In this document: in pieces, positions 44,558 through 53,848 of the stretch | How positions within the stretch are numbered: position 1 is the first letter of the stretch | Layout: every line of letters starts with the position of its first letter | Assembly: GCA_965229565.1 (NCBI GenBank) | Contig: OZ245888.1 | Coordinates: 1,296,639 to 1,360,638 of the forward strand | Origin: Gammaproteobacteria bacterium | Lineage (GTDB): Bacteria > Pseudomonadota > Gammaproteobacteria > Eutrophobiales > Eutrophobiaceae | DNA: 64,000 nucleotides | Reading direction: 5' to 3' | Translations under genes and position numbers: made by a program | Notes under the pieces: generated by a model | Database searches by the model: none | Seen by the model: only the letters and a program-made list of their open reading frames with translations | Told to the model about the DNA's origin: nothing

Positions 44558-45099
44558 TGTTGTCGACGATTAAGGTAATTTTCCTGGTTTTTTTTGATGT
44601 CTGCAGGTTCAAGCGCCGACCGCAGGACATTCCGCAATCAGTGAACCTGATGTCGCTGTGCCTGTTCGTCTATTTACTTGTCGCCACGTTGTTACTGGTC
44701 TTGACAGAAACACCCGGCCGCTCATTTTTATCTGCGTGTGTTGAAATCGTGATACTGCTACTGTTTACCATTGGCTTGTTGATGCTGTCTGGCAAGGCCA
44801 ATCGCTGGGTACAAACCATTACTGCCATGTCCGGTACCGGTGTTGTATTAAGCCTGATTGCATTACCCGTTTATATCCTGATGGGTATGTATACGACAGC
44901 CGATGCCAATACCAATCCTTTATACACGATTGCCGTGATGGTTCTCGCCGCATTGGCGCTTTGGAATATCGCGGTCATGGCCCACATCCTGAGAGAAGCG
45001 CTGGAAGTCGGCATGTTCACCGGCGTGATGCTCGCTATCTCTTATATCTGGATCATACTGAGTGTCTCGGCAGCGATGTTTCCCACGGAGTACAGTTGA
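44557..45099 (+). CDS. Hypothetical inner-membrane protein (4-5 TM helices)
   Basis: Strongly hydrophobic 180-aa product. Stop-start overlaps on both sides (mtnC TAATG, mpl TGATG). Confidence 0.4.
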   Translation: MLSTIKVIFLVFFDVCRFKRRPQDIPQSVNLMSLCLFVYLLVATLLLVLTETPGRSFLSACVEIVILLLFTIGLLMLSGKANRWVQTITAMSGTGVVLSLIALPVYILMGMYTTADANTNPLYTIAVMVLAALALWNIAVMAHILREALEVGMFTGVMLAISYIWIILSVSAAMFPTEYS

Positions 45100-46457
45100 T
45101 GCACATTCACATACTGGGAATTTGTGGTACGTTCATGGGCGGTATCGCCCGTATTGCGCACGATCTCGGCCACAAGGTGACGGGCTCTGATCAAAACGTC
45201 TATCCACCGATGAGTGATCAGCTGCAGCAACTGGGGATTAACCTGCAGCAGGGATATCTGGCCGAGCACCTGCAGCCGGCCCCGGACCTGGTGATCGTGG
45301 GGAATACAATTTCCCGCGGCAACCCGGCCCTGGAATACGTACTTAACCAGAAGTTGTCATACTGCTCGGGACCGGAATGGCTATACAGCGAGGTGCTTCG
45401 ACATAAGCACGTGTTGGCCGTGGCCGGCACGCATGGCAAGACTACCACTACGTCCATGCTTGCCTGGCTACTGGAACATGCCGGCCTGAACCCCGGTTTC
45501 CTGATCGGTGGCGTGGCTGAAAATTTTGGCCTGTCAGCCCGCGTTACCAGTAGTGATTTCTTCGTGATCGAGGCCGACGAATACGACACGGCGTTTTCCG
45601 ACAAGCGCTCAAAATTTATTCACTATCGACCCAACACCCTGATTATTAATAATATTGAATTCGATCATGCCGATATATTTCATGATCTTGCCGCTATCAG
45701 GCGTGAATTCCACAATATGGTCAGGATCTTGCCAGAAACGGCAGAGATCATCTATCCGGCCGGAGATGCCGAGGTGGAACGGGTGCTGGATATGGGCTGC
45801 TGGTCACAGCGGGTGGATTATGCGGGCCAGGATTCCCGCTGGCAACTGGGTAAGGCGAGTCCGGACTATCGACATTTCGAGGTCAAACTGGACAGGACAG
45901 TGGCCGCCGAGGTCAACTGGACATTGCTTGGCGAACACAACGCCATGAATGCGCTGGCAGCTATTATCGCTGCGCGACATATCGGTATCGAACCGCAGCA
46001 ATCAGCGCAGGCACTGGCGGCATTCAGGTCTGTGAAACGCAGGCTCGAATGTATCCTTGATAACGGCAACATCAGGTTATTCGATGATTTTGCCCATCAC
46101 CCCACCGCTATCAGGGTCACGTTGAAGGCATTGCGTGCGGCCGCTGGCGAGAATCGGATCATCGCGATCATGGAGCCACGTTCAAACACCATGCGCATGG
46201 GCGTTCACAAGGATACCCTGGCAGATTCCTTGCGGGAAGCCGATGTCGTATTGATCTTCCAGGCTGATAACGTGAACTGGGATATCTCGCAACATGTGGC
46301 TGAACTTGGTGATATATGCCGGGTCTTCACCGATATAGACGCCATCGTCGGCCAGGTTAAGTCTGAATGCCGCGCTGGCGATTACATCGTCGTCATGAGT
46401 AATGGCGGTTTTGGCGGTATACACAAAAAACTGTTGCAAGTACTCGCTGATCAATGA
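45099..46457 (+). CDS. mpl: UDP-N-acetylmuramate:L-alanyl-gamma-D-glutamyl-meso-DAP ligase (murein peptide ligase). The start is set at the Met at 45099; the track shows an N-terminally extended ORF from 44961.
   Basis: MHIHILGICGTFMGGIA N-terminus and a Mur-ligase P-loop (GTHGKTTTTSM). Confidence 0.85.
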   Translation: MHIHILGICGTFMGGIARIAHDLGHKVTGSDQNVYPPMSDQLQQLGINLQQGYLAEHLQPAPDLVIVGNTISRGNPALEYVLNQKLSYCSGPEWLYSEVLRHKHVLAVAGTHGKTTTTSMLAWLLEHAGLNPGFLIGGVAENFGLSARVTSSDFFVIEADEYDTAFSDKRSKFIHYRPNTLIINNIEFDHADIFHDLAAIRREFHNMVRILPETAEIIYPAGDAEVERVLDMGCWSQRVDYAGQDSRWQLGKASPDYRHFEVKLDRTVAAEVNWTLLGEHNAMNALAAIIAARHIGIEPQQSAQALAAFRSVKRRLECILDNGNIRLFDDFAHHPTAIRVTLKALRAAAGENRIIAIMEPRSNTMRMGVHKDTLADSLREADVVLIFQADNVNWDISQHVAELGDICRVFTDIDAIVGQVKSECRAGDYIVVMSNGGFGGIHKKLLQVLADQ

Positions 46458-47047
46458 ACACGATTCCAATTTTCCCCCTGAATGTCGTCCTGTTTCCGGA
46501 AGGCGATCTGCAGTTACGACTATTTGAACCACGCTATATCGATATGGTGCGTAACTGCATGCGTGACGATACGGGTTTCGGTATTTGTTTGATCAAGGAT
46601 GGCAAGGAAGCCGGCGAGGCGGCCGAGATATTCCCGCTGGGCACTTATTCCCGTATTGTTGACTGGGAACAGATGGAAGATGGTTTACTTGGCATTACGG
46701 TGGTGGGTGAACGCCGCTTTCGTGTAGAAACCAGCGCACTGCAACAGGATAACCTGCTCACTGCCGAGGTCACCTGGCTGGATGATGATGATGAACCCTT
46801 GCCGGAGTCTTACCACGGTTTTACCGAATTACTAAAAGAAATCATCAATCGTTACGAGTTACCGTATGACGACGATGATGAACGTTATGATGAAGCCACC
46901 TGGGTTAGCGAGCGACTGGCAGAAATCCTGCCGTTTGGTCTCAAGACCAAGCAGACACTCCTGGAAATGGATAACGCCTTGCAGCGACTCGACCTGATGC
47001 ATGTCCTGCTCGAGAAAATCGATGCAGGTGACACGAACCAGTCCTGA
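46454..47047 (+). CDS. Lon N-terminal (LON substrate-binding) domain-only protein
   Basis: 197 aa with IPIFPLNVVLFPEGDLQLRLFEPRY and no AAA or protease domain. ATGA overlap with mpl. Confidence 0.7.
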   Translation: MNTIPIFPLNVVLFPEGDLQLRLFEPRYIDMVRNCMRDDTGFGICLIKDGKEAGEAAEIFPLGTYSRIVDWEQMEDGLLGITVVGERRFRVETSALQQDNLLTAEVTWLDDDDEPLPESYHGFTELLKEIINRYELPYDDDDERYDEATWVSERLAEILPFGLKTKQTLLEMDNALQRLDLMHVLLEKIDAGDTNQS

Positions 47048-47048
47048 C

Positions 47049-47924
47049 TTAATCAATAAACGTCGCGCTGTCCGGCTCGCTGATAACAGGGTTGGCCAGC
47101 TTGCCTATCTTCTCGATCTCTATCGTTACCGTGTCGCCGGCATGCATGTAGCCACGCGGTTTCATTTTTACCCCGACACCGCTGCTGGTGCCGGTTGCAA
47201 TGATATCGCCGGGTTCCAGCGTCATCACCTGCGACAGGTAATGCACGAGGTAATAACAGTCAAAGATCAGGTGCCGCGTGTTTGAATCCTGGCGCTTATC
47301 ATCGTTTACCCATGTCTTGATATCCAGCGAATGCGGGTCGCCAATCTCGTCCGCTGTTACTATCCACGGACCAATCGGTCCATGCGTGTCGAACGATTTA
47401 CCCAACGTCCACGTATGCGAACGCATCTGCCAGTCGCGCACGCTGACGTCATTGGCAATGGTATAACCGGCGATGACTGTGCGGGCCTGCTCAATAGAAA
47501 TGTTGCGGCAGCGTTTGCCAACTACCAGGGCCAGTTCTCCCTCGTAATCAAGCTTTTCCGAAATCCTGGGCAAATGTATGGATTGGTTCGGGCCAATCAC
47601 GCAACTGTTTTGCTTGTTAAAAAAAGTCGGGTATTCCGGTCGTTCGAGACCGGTTTCCTCGATATGGTCGGCGTAGTTGAGACTGACGCCAAAGAATTTA
47701 TCCGGTTTTGCAATGGGCGGTAGCAACTCGATATCTACCAGTGCCAGTCTCTCAGTATTATTTGCTAACGTATCAGACATGGCCTTGAGCGACATTTCAC
47801 CGTCGCAGAGAAATTGAAGCATGCCATTGCTACCCTGGTATTTAGCAGCGGCCGGACATACTCCGGCATCATCCAGTGCGCCTACATGGATTTTATTATC
47901 GTATTGATAGCTGAGTAATTTCAT
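47049..47924 (-). CDS. Fumarylacetoacetate hydrolase (FAH)-family protein
   Basis: 291 aa with a FAH fold signature (DYEGELALVVGK...DVSVRDWQ...GKSFDTHGPIGPW). Confidence 0.8.
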   Translation of the reverse strand: MKLLSYQYDNKIHVGALDDAGVCPAAAKYQGSNGMLQFLCDGEMSLKAMSDTLANNTERLALVDIELLPPIAKPDKFFGVSLNYADHIEETGLERPEYPTFFNKQNSCVIGPNQSIHLPRISEKLDYEGELALVVGKRCRNISIEQARTVIAGYTIANDVSVRDWQMRSHTWTLGKSFDTHGPIGPWIVTADEIGDPHSLDIKTWVNDDKRQDSNTRHLIFDCYYLVHYLSQVMTLEPGDIIATGTSSGVGVKMKPRGYMHAGDTVTIEIEKIGKLANPVISEPDSATFID

Positions 47925-48022
47925 GGTGAAAGACGTTTTTCGTTATCACGTGAGTATAACAGCTGTTTGATCTGCCCCGGAAGTGATAGCGGCAAACCGG
48001 TTCCGGTCGCAGCAGGTTGTCG

Positions 48023-49033
48023 CTAATTCGGGTTAGCGGGATTAGGTTCGAGCTGGTTAAAAAACAACTCTGCGCACTGTGCCCAGGAATTCTGTCGGGC
48101 GTAGTCGATACAGTCCTGCGGGTTCAGTTTCAGTGCTCCTGCAACAGCTTTTTGCAGGTCGTCATCCAGCACGCCAGTGACTCTCTGTTTAACGACATCA
48201 ACAGGGCCGGTGACCGGGAACGCTGCCACGGGTACACCGCAGGCCATGGCCTCCAGCATCACCAGGCCAAAGGTGTCAGTCAGGCTGGGAAAGACAAATA
48301 CATCTGCTGCAGCCAGGTACTGCGCCAACTCAATTCCGCGTTTGAAACCGGTAAACACGACGTCAGGGTATTTCTTTTTCATCTCTGCCAGGTCCGGACC
48401 ATCTCCCACGATGTATTTTGTTCCCGGCAGATCGAGATCCAGGAATGCCTCTATGTTTTTTTCCACGGCGACCCTGCCCATGTACATGGAAACAGGTCGT
48501 TCGGCATCAATAAACGTTTTATCACGCGGATGAAACAAGTCCGTGTCCACGCCTCGTGACCACACTACCACGTTGGAAAAATTACGCTCATCCAGTTTCT
48601 GCTTTTGTGAAGGTGTGGGTACCATGGTGCGTTCGGCACGGTCATGGAAACGTTTGAGGTAACGGTAGGTCCAGCCAATTGGAATAGGCGCTCGTAATCG
48701 GACGTATTCAGGGAATTGCGTGTGGTAAGAGGTAGTGAATTTCAATCCTGTCCTGATGCAATACTTCCTGGCGGCATGCCCTAGTGGCCCCTCGGTAGCA
48801 ATGTGCACCGCGTCCGGTTGAAAGTCCGCAAGCATTGCGGCAACTTTACTATCAGGGAATATTGCCAGCCTGATACTGGGATAGCTGGGACAAGGGAAAG
48901 TCTTGAAATACTCGGGGGTAATATACCGAACATCGTTTCCTGCCTTGTTCAATTCTTCACCCATCTTCTCCAGCGTGGTGACGACACCATTGATTTGCGG
49001 TGCCCACGCATCCGTCACGATTGAAATTTTCAT
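48023..49033 (-). CDS. GT4-family glycosyltransferase (Agt-like glycosyl-diacylglycerol synthase candidate)
   Basis: 336 aa with the N-terminus MKISIVTDAWAPQINGVV and a C-terminal EX7E-like region (GLVMLEAMACGVPV). Confidence 0.75.
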   Translation of the reverse strand: MKISIVTDAWAPQINGVVTTLEKMGEELNKAGNDVRYITPEYFKTFPCPSYPSIRLAIFPDSKVAAMLADFQPDAVHIATEGPLGHAARKYCIRTGLKFTTSYHTQFPEYVRLRAPIPIGWTYRYLKRFHDRAERTMVPTPSQKQKLDERNFSNVVVWSRGVDTDLFHPRDKTFIDAERPVSMYMGRVAVEKNIEAFLDLDLPGTKYIVGDGPDLAEMKKKYPDVVFTGFKRGIELAQYLAAADVFVFPSLTDTFGLVMLEAMACGVPVAAFPVTGPVDVVKQRVTGVLDDDLQKAVAGALKLNPQDCIDYARQNSWAQCAELFFNQLEPNPANPN

Positions 49034-49037
49034 TGTA

Positions 49038-49829
49038 TCAGGCCGCTGCCGGCAGTTTTTTCAGAGAAGCGGTTTGTTCTGTCCAGTTTAGTATCTCGAG
49101 ACTGCCATCCTGGTTCTCAATCAGTGCGGTACAGCTTTCTACCCAGTCACCACAATTACAGTAGAGGACATCATCAATCGTCCGAATCTCGGCCCGGTGA
49201 ATATGGCCGCAGATCATGCCATCGACCTGGCGTTGTTTGGCCATTTGTGACACGGCGCTTTCAAAGTTACTGATATAGTTTACGGCACCCTTCACCTTGT
49301 GCTTAAGCGCCGCAGCCAGAGACCAGTATGGCAGGCCTAACTGGTAACGGAGGAAATTCACCACCTGGTTGGCCTGGAGTAACCAGTCATAGGCCTTACT
49401 GCCAACCAGTTCCAGTAGCCGCGAATTTTTTACGACACTATCAAACTGGTCGCCATGCAAAACCAGGAAGCGTTTCCCGTCTGCGGTAGTATGCACTATC
49501 TCGTTTTCAACCCTGACATTACCCATGACCATGTGGTTGTGTGCCCTTATCGGTTCGTCATGATTGCCGGGCACATAGATTACCTGGGTACCGTGCTTGG
49601 CCTTGCCGAGCAGGGTGCGGATAACATCGTTATGTTCCTGCGGCCAATAACGTTTCTTTCTCATGTAAAGAAAATCAATGATGTCACCCACCAGGTAGAT
49701 CTTCTCGCACTCGGTATTGCGTAGGAAATCGAGCAGAAATTTTGCACTACAACCAGGGAAGCCCAGGTGGACATCAGAAATGAAAACGGATTTTACTTTG
49801 ATCTTGCTGGTCGAATAATTTGCACTCAC
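49038..49829 (-). CDS. Calcineurin-like metallophosphoesterase (LpxH/PlcP-like), GTG start
   Basis: Motifs ISDVHLG, LVGDIID, VPGNHDE and LHGDQFD. 4 nt upstream of the GT4 gene. Confidence 0.7.
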   Translation of the reverse strand: MSANYSTSKIKVKSVFISDVHLGFPGCSAKFLLDFLRNTECEKIYLVGDIIDFLYMRKKRYWPQEHNDVIRTLLGKAKHGTQVIYVPGNHDEPIRAHNHMVMGNVRVENEIVHTTADGKRFLVLHGDQFDSVVKNSRLLELVGSKAYDWLLQANQVVNFLRYQLGLPYWSLAAALKHKVKGAVNYISNFESAVSQMAKQRQVDGMICGHIHRAEIRTIDDVLYCNCGDWVESCTALIENQDGSLEILNWTEQTASLKKLPAAA

Positions 49830-49873
49830 AGCTACATCTCGCGTTTTGGTTTGTGTGACTATGCATATCCAGT

Positions 49874-49902
49874 GTGACAGCGAGATTTAACAAAAATGAC
49901 GT
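49874..49902 (-). promoter_or_regulatory. Pho-box-like array read on the minus strand: ACGTCAT-tttt-GTTAAAT-ctcg-CTGTCAC. These are 7-bp repeats at 11-bp periodicity, 45-73 bp upstream of the phosphoesterase start.
   Basis: The first and third heptamers match the PhoB half-site CTGTCAT at 5/7 and 6/7 positions. Positions verified by counting. Confidence 0.35.
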
Positions 49903-49909
49903 ATTCATG

Positions 49910-49961
49910 AATATTTATGACAAATTTATTAATTACAAAACAAAACTTTGTCATAAATATT
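49910..49961. promoter_or_regulatory. Perfect 15-bp inverted repeat AATATTTATGACAAA ... TTTGTCATAAATATT with a 22-bp spacer, in the AT-rich divergent promoter region
   Basis: Both arms checked by counting. Each arm carries a TGTCAT core. Confidence 0.6.
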
Positions 49962-50030
49962 TAATCTAATTTTTCGCATTTCTTAATGCATACAAACTAC
50001 TTTTAGCCTGACCAAGAGCAGGTTACGACA

Positions 50031-50300
50031 ATGAGAAGACTTGAAAATAAAGACTACGTTGTAGCAACAGATGGGCTGGAAAGTCGCACTATTGGCGATT
50101 CACGTGGATACCTGTGGAAAATTATTATCGATAAAAACCGCGCTGTCGGCCGCATCGAAAAATTATCCGGGTTGCGTGACAACCCGGCCATGTCGGCAAT
50201 GCTGGATGGTACAGAATATCCCTTGCCGGGCAAGGGTAATATCCGGGATGACATGCAGCACTTGACCAGCATCATCGAGTCGCGCTTTCACGCAGCCTGA
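50031..50300 (+). CDS. Hypothetical small protein (89 aa)
   Basis: ORF only. Divergent from the phosphoesterase/GT operon, with no recognisable domain. Confidence 0.35.
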   Translation: MRRLENKDYVVATDGLESRTIGDSRGYLWKIIIDKNRAVGRIEKLSGLRDNPAMSAMLDGTEYPLPGKGNIRDDMQHLTSIIESRFHAA

Positions 50301-50384
50301 GCAAGGCGGGTGTGAATACGTACGGCCGGCGCCACTGGTTGAATATCTTCGGGGTGCGCTAACCCGTCAAATTCCATAGAATGG

Positions 50385-51038
50385 TTGACTCAACCAGAGT
50401 CACTAACTATGCCGCAAGCCTCGATCAACAGTTATTTGCCCATTGCCTTGCTCGCGCCGGGTCCGCTATATCTTTCCATTGATTCCCTGCTGCTGGGCTT
50501 AATCTCCGGCCTTGTTATCTGTCTTGCACTTTTACTAAACCTGTTACTGGTGTTTCCGTTGCGTAATATGTTTCCCCCAACACTGCGGTTGCTGGTACTG
50601 CTATTGATTAACAGTGCCCTTATCGTTATTTTGCAGCACCTGGTGCAGGCCCATGCATATACACTTGAACAACAGTTGGGTTTGTACTTCCCGTTGCTGT
50701 TTATCAACGCGCTGGTACTGTCATATGCCGAGGGTCTATTTCGTATGACGAGGTTCGCGTCGCCGGTAAATGACCTATTGTTAGTGGCTACCGTTATTTT
50801 CCTGTCTTTGGTGTTCTTCGGGGCTTCCCGCGAAATGCTGGAAACCGGGTCGCTGCTGTCAGATCTGTCACTTCTGTTCGATACTGATTTTGGCGGTATC
50901 AGGCTTCTGATTTCCGATGATGGTATTCCCTTGTTTAGCTCAGCGGCTGGCAGCCTGTTCCTGTTGGGATTGCTGTGTGCATTAGTCAGCATGGTAGTGA
51001 CTCACAATAGTAAAGTGCCAGGCAAGGGGGTGAGTTGA
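50385..51038 (+). CDS. RnfE/RsxE(NqrD)-family membrane protein, orphan (no rnfABCDG nearby)
   Basis: 217 aa with 6 TM helices. It aligns to E. coli RsxE in blocks (LQHLVQAHAYTLEQQLGLYFPLLFINALVLSYAEGLF against [36 protein letters not shown], and GASREMLETGSLL against GSLREIIGNGTLF). TTGA overlap with nth. Confidence 0.6.
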   Translation: MTQPESLTMPQASINSYLPIALLAPGPLYLSIDSLLLGLISGLVICLALLLNLLLVFPLRNMFPPTLRLLVLLLINSALIVILQHLVQAHAYTLEQQLGLYFPLLFINALVLSYAEGLFRMTRFASPVNDLLLVATVIFLSLVFFGASREMLETGSLLSDLSLLFDTDFGGIRLLISDDGIPLFSSAAGSLFLLGLLCALVSMVVTHNSKVPGKGVS

Positions 51039-51703
51039 ACAAGCAGAAAAGGCTTCGAATATTCACGAAGTTTCAACAGCAAAATCCGGCTCCCACTACC
51101 GAACTGGTCTATCAAACCCCGTTTGAGTTGCTGGTAGCCGTCATTCTTTCGGCCCAGGCAACAGACATCAGTGTTAACAAGGCAACCGCCGGGCTCTATG
51201 CAGTAGCCAATACACCGCAAGCCATTGTGGATCTTGGATTAACCGGGCTAAAAAGTTATATCAAGACGATCGGTCTGTACAACAACAAGGCAAAAAATAT
51301 TATCGAGACCTGCTTGATTCTACTGGAGCAGCACAATGGAGAAGTGCCACGCAACAGGGAAGCACTTGAAGCCTTACCCGGGGTTGGAAGAAAGACGGCC
51401 AATGTCATTCTCAATACCGCGTTCGGTGAGCCTACCATTGCCGTCGATACCCATATCTTCAGGGTGTCTAACCGAACCGGTATTGCACCCGGCAAGAACG
51501 TCAACGAAGTTGAGAAAAAACTGCTCAGGTTCGTCCCGGACGAATTTAAAAAAGATGCACATCACTGGTTAATCCTGCACGGTCGCTACACCTGCATCGC
51601 TCGCCAACCGCGCTGTCATAGCTGTATTATTTATGATGATTGCGAGTGGAAAGATAAAAAACACTACCGGTTGCAGGCTGATAGCAAATCGGTAGCGCGG
51701 TAG
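51035..51703 (+). CDS. nth: Endonuclease III (TTG start)
   Basis: Near-collinear with E. coli Nth (MNKQKRL..., an HhH-GPD domain, a C-terminal 4Fe-4S cluster CX6CX2CX5C). Confidence 0.9.
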   Translation: MNKQKRLRIFTKFQQQNPAPTTELVYQTPFELLVAVILSAQATDISVNKATAGLYAVANTPQAIVDLGLTGLKSYIKTIGLYNNKAKNIIETCLILLEQHNGEVPRNREALEALPGVGRKTANVILNTAFGEPTIAVDTHIFRVSNRTGIAPGKNVNEVEKKLLRFVPDEFKKDAHHWLILHGRYTCIARQPRCHSCIIYDDCEWKDKKHYRLQADSKSVAR

Positions 51704-51711
51704 CAGAGTAT

Positions 51712-52143
51712 TTGCACATGTTGATCAACGACCGGGACCAGGCGCGAAACTTTTTCTTCCAGGTATGGAACAAGATGCAGTTGCGGCAACCGCTGGAGCC
51801 GATGGAGGCTATCATCGCAGGCGTTATCGATGAGCACCCGGAGTATCACCTGTACCTGGAAAAGCCGGCATCCAGCCTGGAAAAAGAGTTCACGCCGGAG
51901 CAGGGTAAAACCAACCCTTTCCTGCATATGGGCATGCATATTGCCCTGAAAGAACAGCAGGCAACAGATCGACCTGCCGGTATCGCAGCTGTGTACCAGT
52001 CATTACTTGTTAAATACGGTAACACGCATGACGTGGAGCACAGTATGATGGAGTGCCTGGCCGAGACATTATGGTTGGCAAACAGGGACAACAGGATGCC
52101 TGATGAACAACAATACCTGCAATGCCTGCAGCGGTTGAAGTGA
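51712..52143 (+). CDS. Conserved hypothetical protein (DUF1841-like)
   Basis: 143-aa soluble protein with motifs HPEYH...NPFLHMGMH...HDVEHSMMECL. The DUF assignment is from memory. Confidence 0.45.
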   Translation: MHMLINDRDQARNFFFQVWNKMQLRQPLEPMEAIIAGVIDEHPEYHLYLEKPASSLEKEFTPEQGKTNPFLHMGMHIALKEQQATDRPAGIAAVYQSLLVKYGNTHDVEHSMMECLAETLWLANRDNRMPDEQQYLQCLQRLK

Positions 52144-53423
52144 TGACAAAACACAACGTCTATGACCTGTTTAGTTCGGAACAACACCATTCCTTGAGTG
52201 AACAGCTGGGTCTGCTTGCGGAGATTGTGCAGGGCTTTTCCAGCACCCTGGACATTGGTCAAACCTTACAAATCGCCATACACAGGTTCATGGAGTACAT
52301 GGATGCCGAGGCTGCATCGATATTCCTGCTGAACAACACGGCGACTGAACTCACCTGCGTGGAATGTGCCGGCCCGGTCGATATTACAGGTCTGACGCTA
52401 ACAGCAAAACAGGGCATTGTTGGTAAGGCGGTACAGACGACTTCCTGCCAACTGATACGGGATGTGACCAGTAACACTGACTTCATGGACAGCGTTGATA
52501 TGGGCACCGGTTTTGTTACCCGTTCCATACTTTGTGTTCCCCTCGTCGTTAACGGGCAATGCATTGGTGCGCTGGAGTTGTTAAACAAGAAAAACGGGCA
52601 ACTGTTCGACGAGCAGGACAGGCACTTGTCTGTCGCGCTGGCTTCAGCGGCAGCGTTGGCCATTCATAATTCTCATATAGCTGAACAGCTGTTTGAACAG
52701 GAGCGTTTACGCAGGGAACTGGAATTGGCCCGGGAGATCCAGATGGACCTGTTGCCGGAATCGAATATCGCCGACTTTCCTGTCAGGGGGGTCAACGTTC
52801 CCGCGCTGGAAGTGTCAGGCGATTTTTACGACTTCTTTCAGCTCGATAAGGACCTGATCTACTTCAACCTGGCCGATGTCTCCGGCAAGGGCATGAATGC
52901 TGCCTTGTTGATGGCGCGGGCGAGCAGTCTGTTGCACCATCTCGCCAAGACCATTGACGACCCGGGACTCCTGCTGGCAAAAGTCAATGACGAACTGTGT
53001 GAGACTGTCTCGCATGGGATGTTTATCACTATTGTTTCCGGTTTTATTGATACCAGTGATTGCACGGTAAGATTTGCCAATGCCGGGCATCAACCGCCGC
53101 TGTATCATCATAAAAGCGGTGAGTTTGAACAGATTCCGGCCGAGGCACCGCCACTGGCCATTGTGCCAGGCACACAGTATCCGGTGACCACCATTAAATT
53201 GAATGGTGGCAGCCTCTACCTGTTTACAGATGGCGTGACTGAAAGCAAAGACTCAGAACAACACACCCTCAGTGTTGATGGTCTAAAACAATTGATTTCG
53301 AACAACTCCGGGGTGATCGCATCTAAACGGCTTGATGATATCGTGGCCAGCATACGTGAGGGGGAGACTGAGCAACACGATGATATTACGATGATGGTCA
53401 TAGAATGCTGTTTGAATAAATAA
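52143..53423 (+). CDS. GAF-domain sensor fused to a PP2C-type (SpoIIE/RsbU-family) serine phosphatase. Alternative start ATG at 52122.
   Basis: An N-terminal GAF domain (FMEYMDAEAASIFLL...GIVGKAV...CVPLVV) and a C-terminal PPM domain (LEVSGDFYDF...ADVSGKGMNAALLM...FTDGVTE...HDDITMMV). TGATG overlap with the upstream gene. Confidence 0.8.
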   Translation: MTKHNVYDLFSSEQHHSLSEQLGLLAEIVQGFSSTLDIGQTLQIAIHRFMEYMDAEAASIFLLNNTATELTCVECAGPVDITGLTLTAKQGIVGKAVQTTSCQLIRDVTSNTDFMDSVDMGTGFVTRSILCVPLVVNGQCIGALELLNKKNGQLFDEQDRHLSVALASAAALAIHNSHIAEQLFEQERLRRELELAREIQMDLLPESNIADFPVRGVNVPALEVSGDFYDFFQLDKDLIYFNLADVSGKGMNAALLMARASSLLHHLAKTIDDPGLLLAKVNDELCETVSHGMFITIVSGFIDTSDCTVRFANAGHQPPLYHHKSGEFEQIPAEAPPLAIVPGTQYPVTTIKLNGGSLYLFTDGVTESKDSEQHTLSVDGLKQLISNNSGVIASKRLDDIVASIREGETEQHDDITMMVIECCLNK

Positions 53424-53833
53424 TGGAAACGCTTTTCGAAATTAAATTTCCCGCCAAGGCCGATCGCCTGTGCATGGTGCGATCAATGGTGAAACATACA
53501 GCCGGGGTTGTCGGCTGTTGCCCTGAACTTTGTGAACGCCTGGTAATTGCGGTTAACGAGGCCTGTATGAATGTCATTCAGCACGCGTACCGGGAAGATG
53601 ACGCAGGTGAAATTGTTCTGGAAATGCTAAATAATGAGGGCAGGTTGCATTTTCGACTGTTCGATAATGCTGCCCCGATTGACCTGGATAACTGCAATCC
53701 CAGGGACCTGGACGATATCAGGCCGGGCGGACTTGGAACGCATTTTATCAATGAGATAATGGATGAATGTGATCGAGGCCACCTGGACGAGGGGCGCGGT
53801 AATTACCTTGAAATGATAAAAAAAATAACCTGA
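53423..53833 (+). CDS. RsbW/SpoIIAB-like anti-sigma-factor serine kinase (GHKL ATPase)
   Basis: 136 aa with N-box (LVIAVNEACMNVIQHAY) and G-box (GGLGTHFI) motifs. TAATG overlap with the phosphatase gene. Confidence 0.75.
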   Translation: METLFEIKFPAKADRLCMVRSMVKHTAGVVGCCPELCERLVIAVNEACMNVIQHAYREDDAGEIVLEMLNNEGRLHFRLFDNAAPIDLDNCNPRDLDDIRPGGLGTHFINEIMDECDRGHLDEGRGNYLEMIKKIT

Positions 53834-53848
53834 TGGGAACCCACTGGT

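Noticed and set aside
44961-45098. N-terminal extension of mpl overlapping the upstream membrane-protein gene
   Set aside because: The Mpl family starts at MHIHILGICG. The extension is out of character and overlaps the preceding gene.
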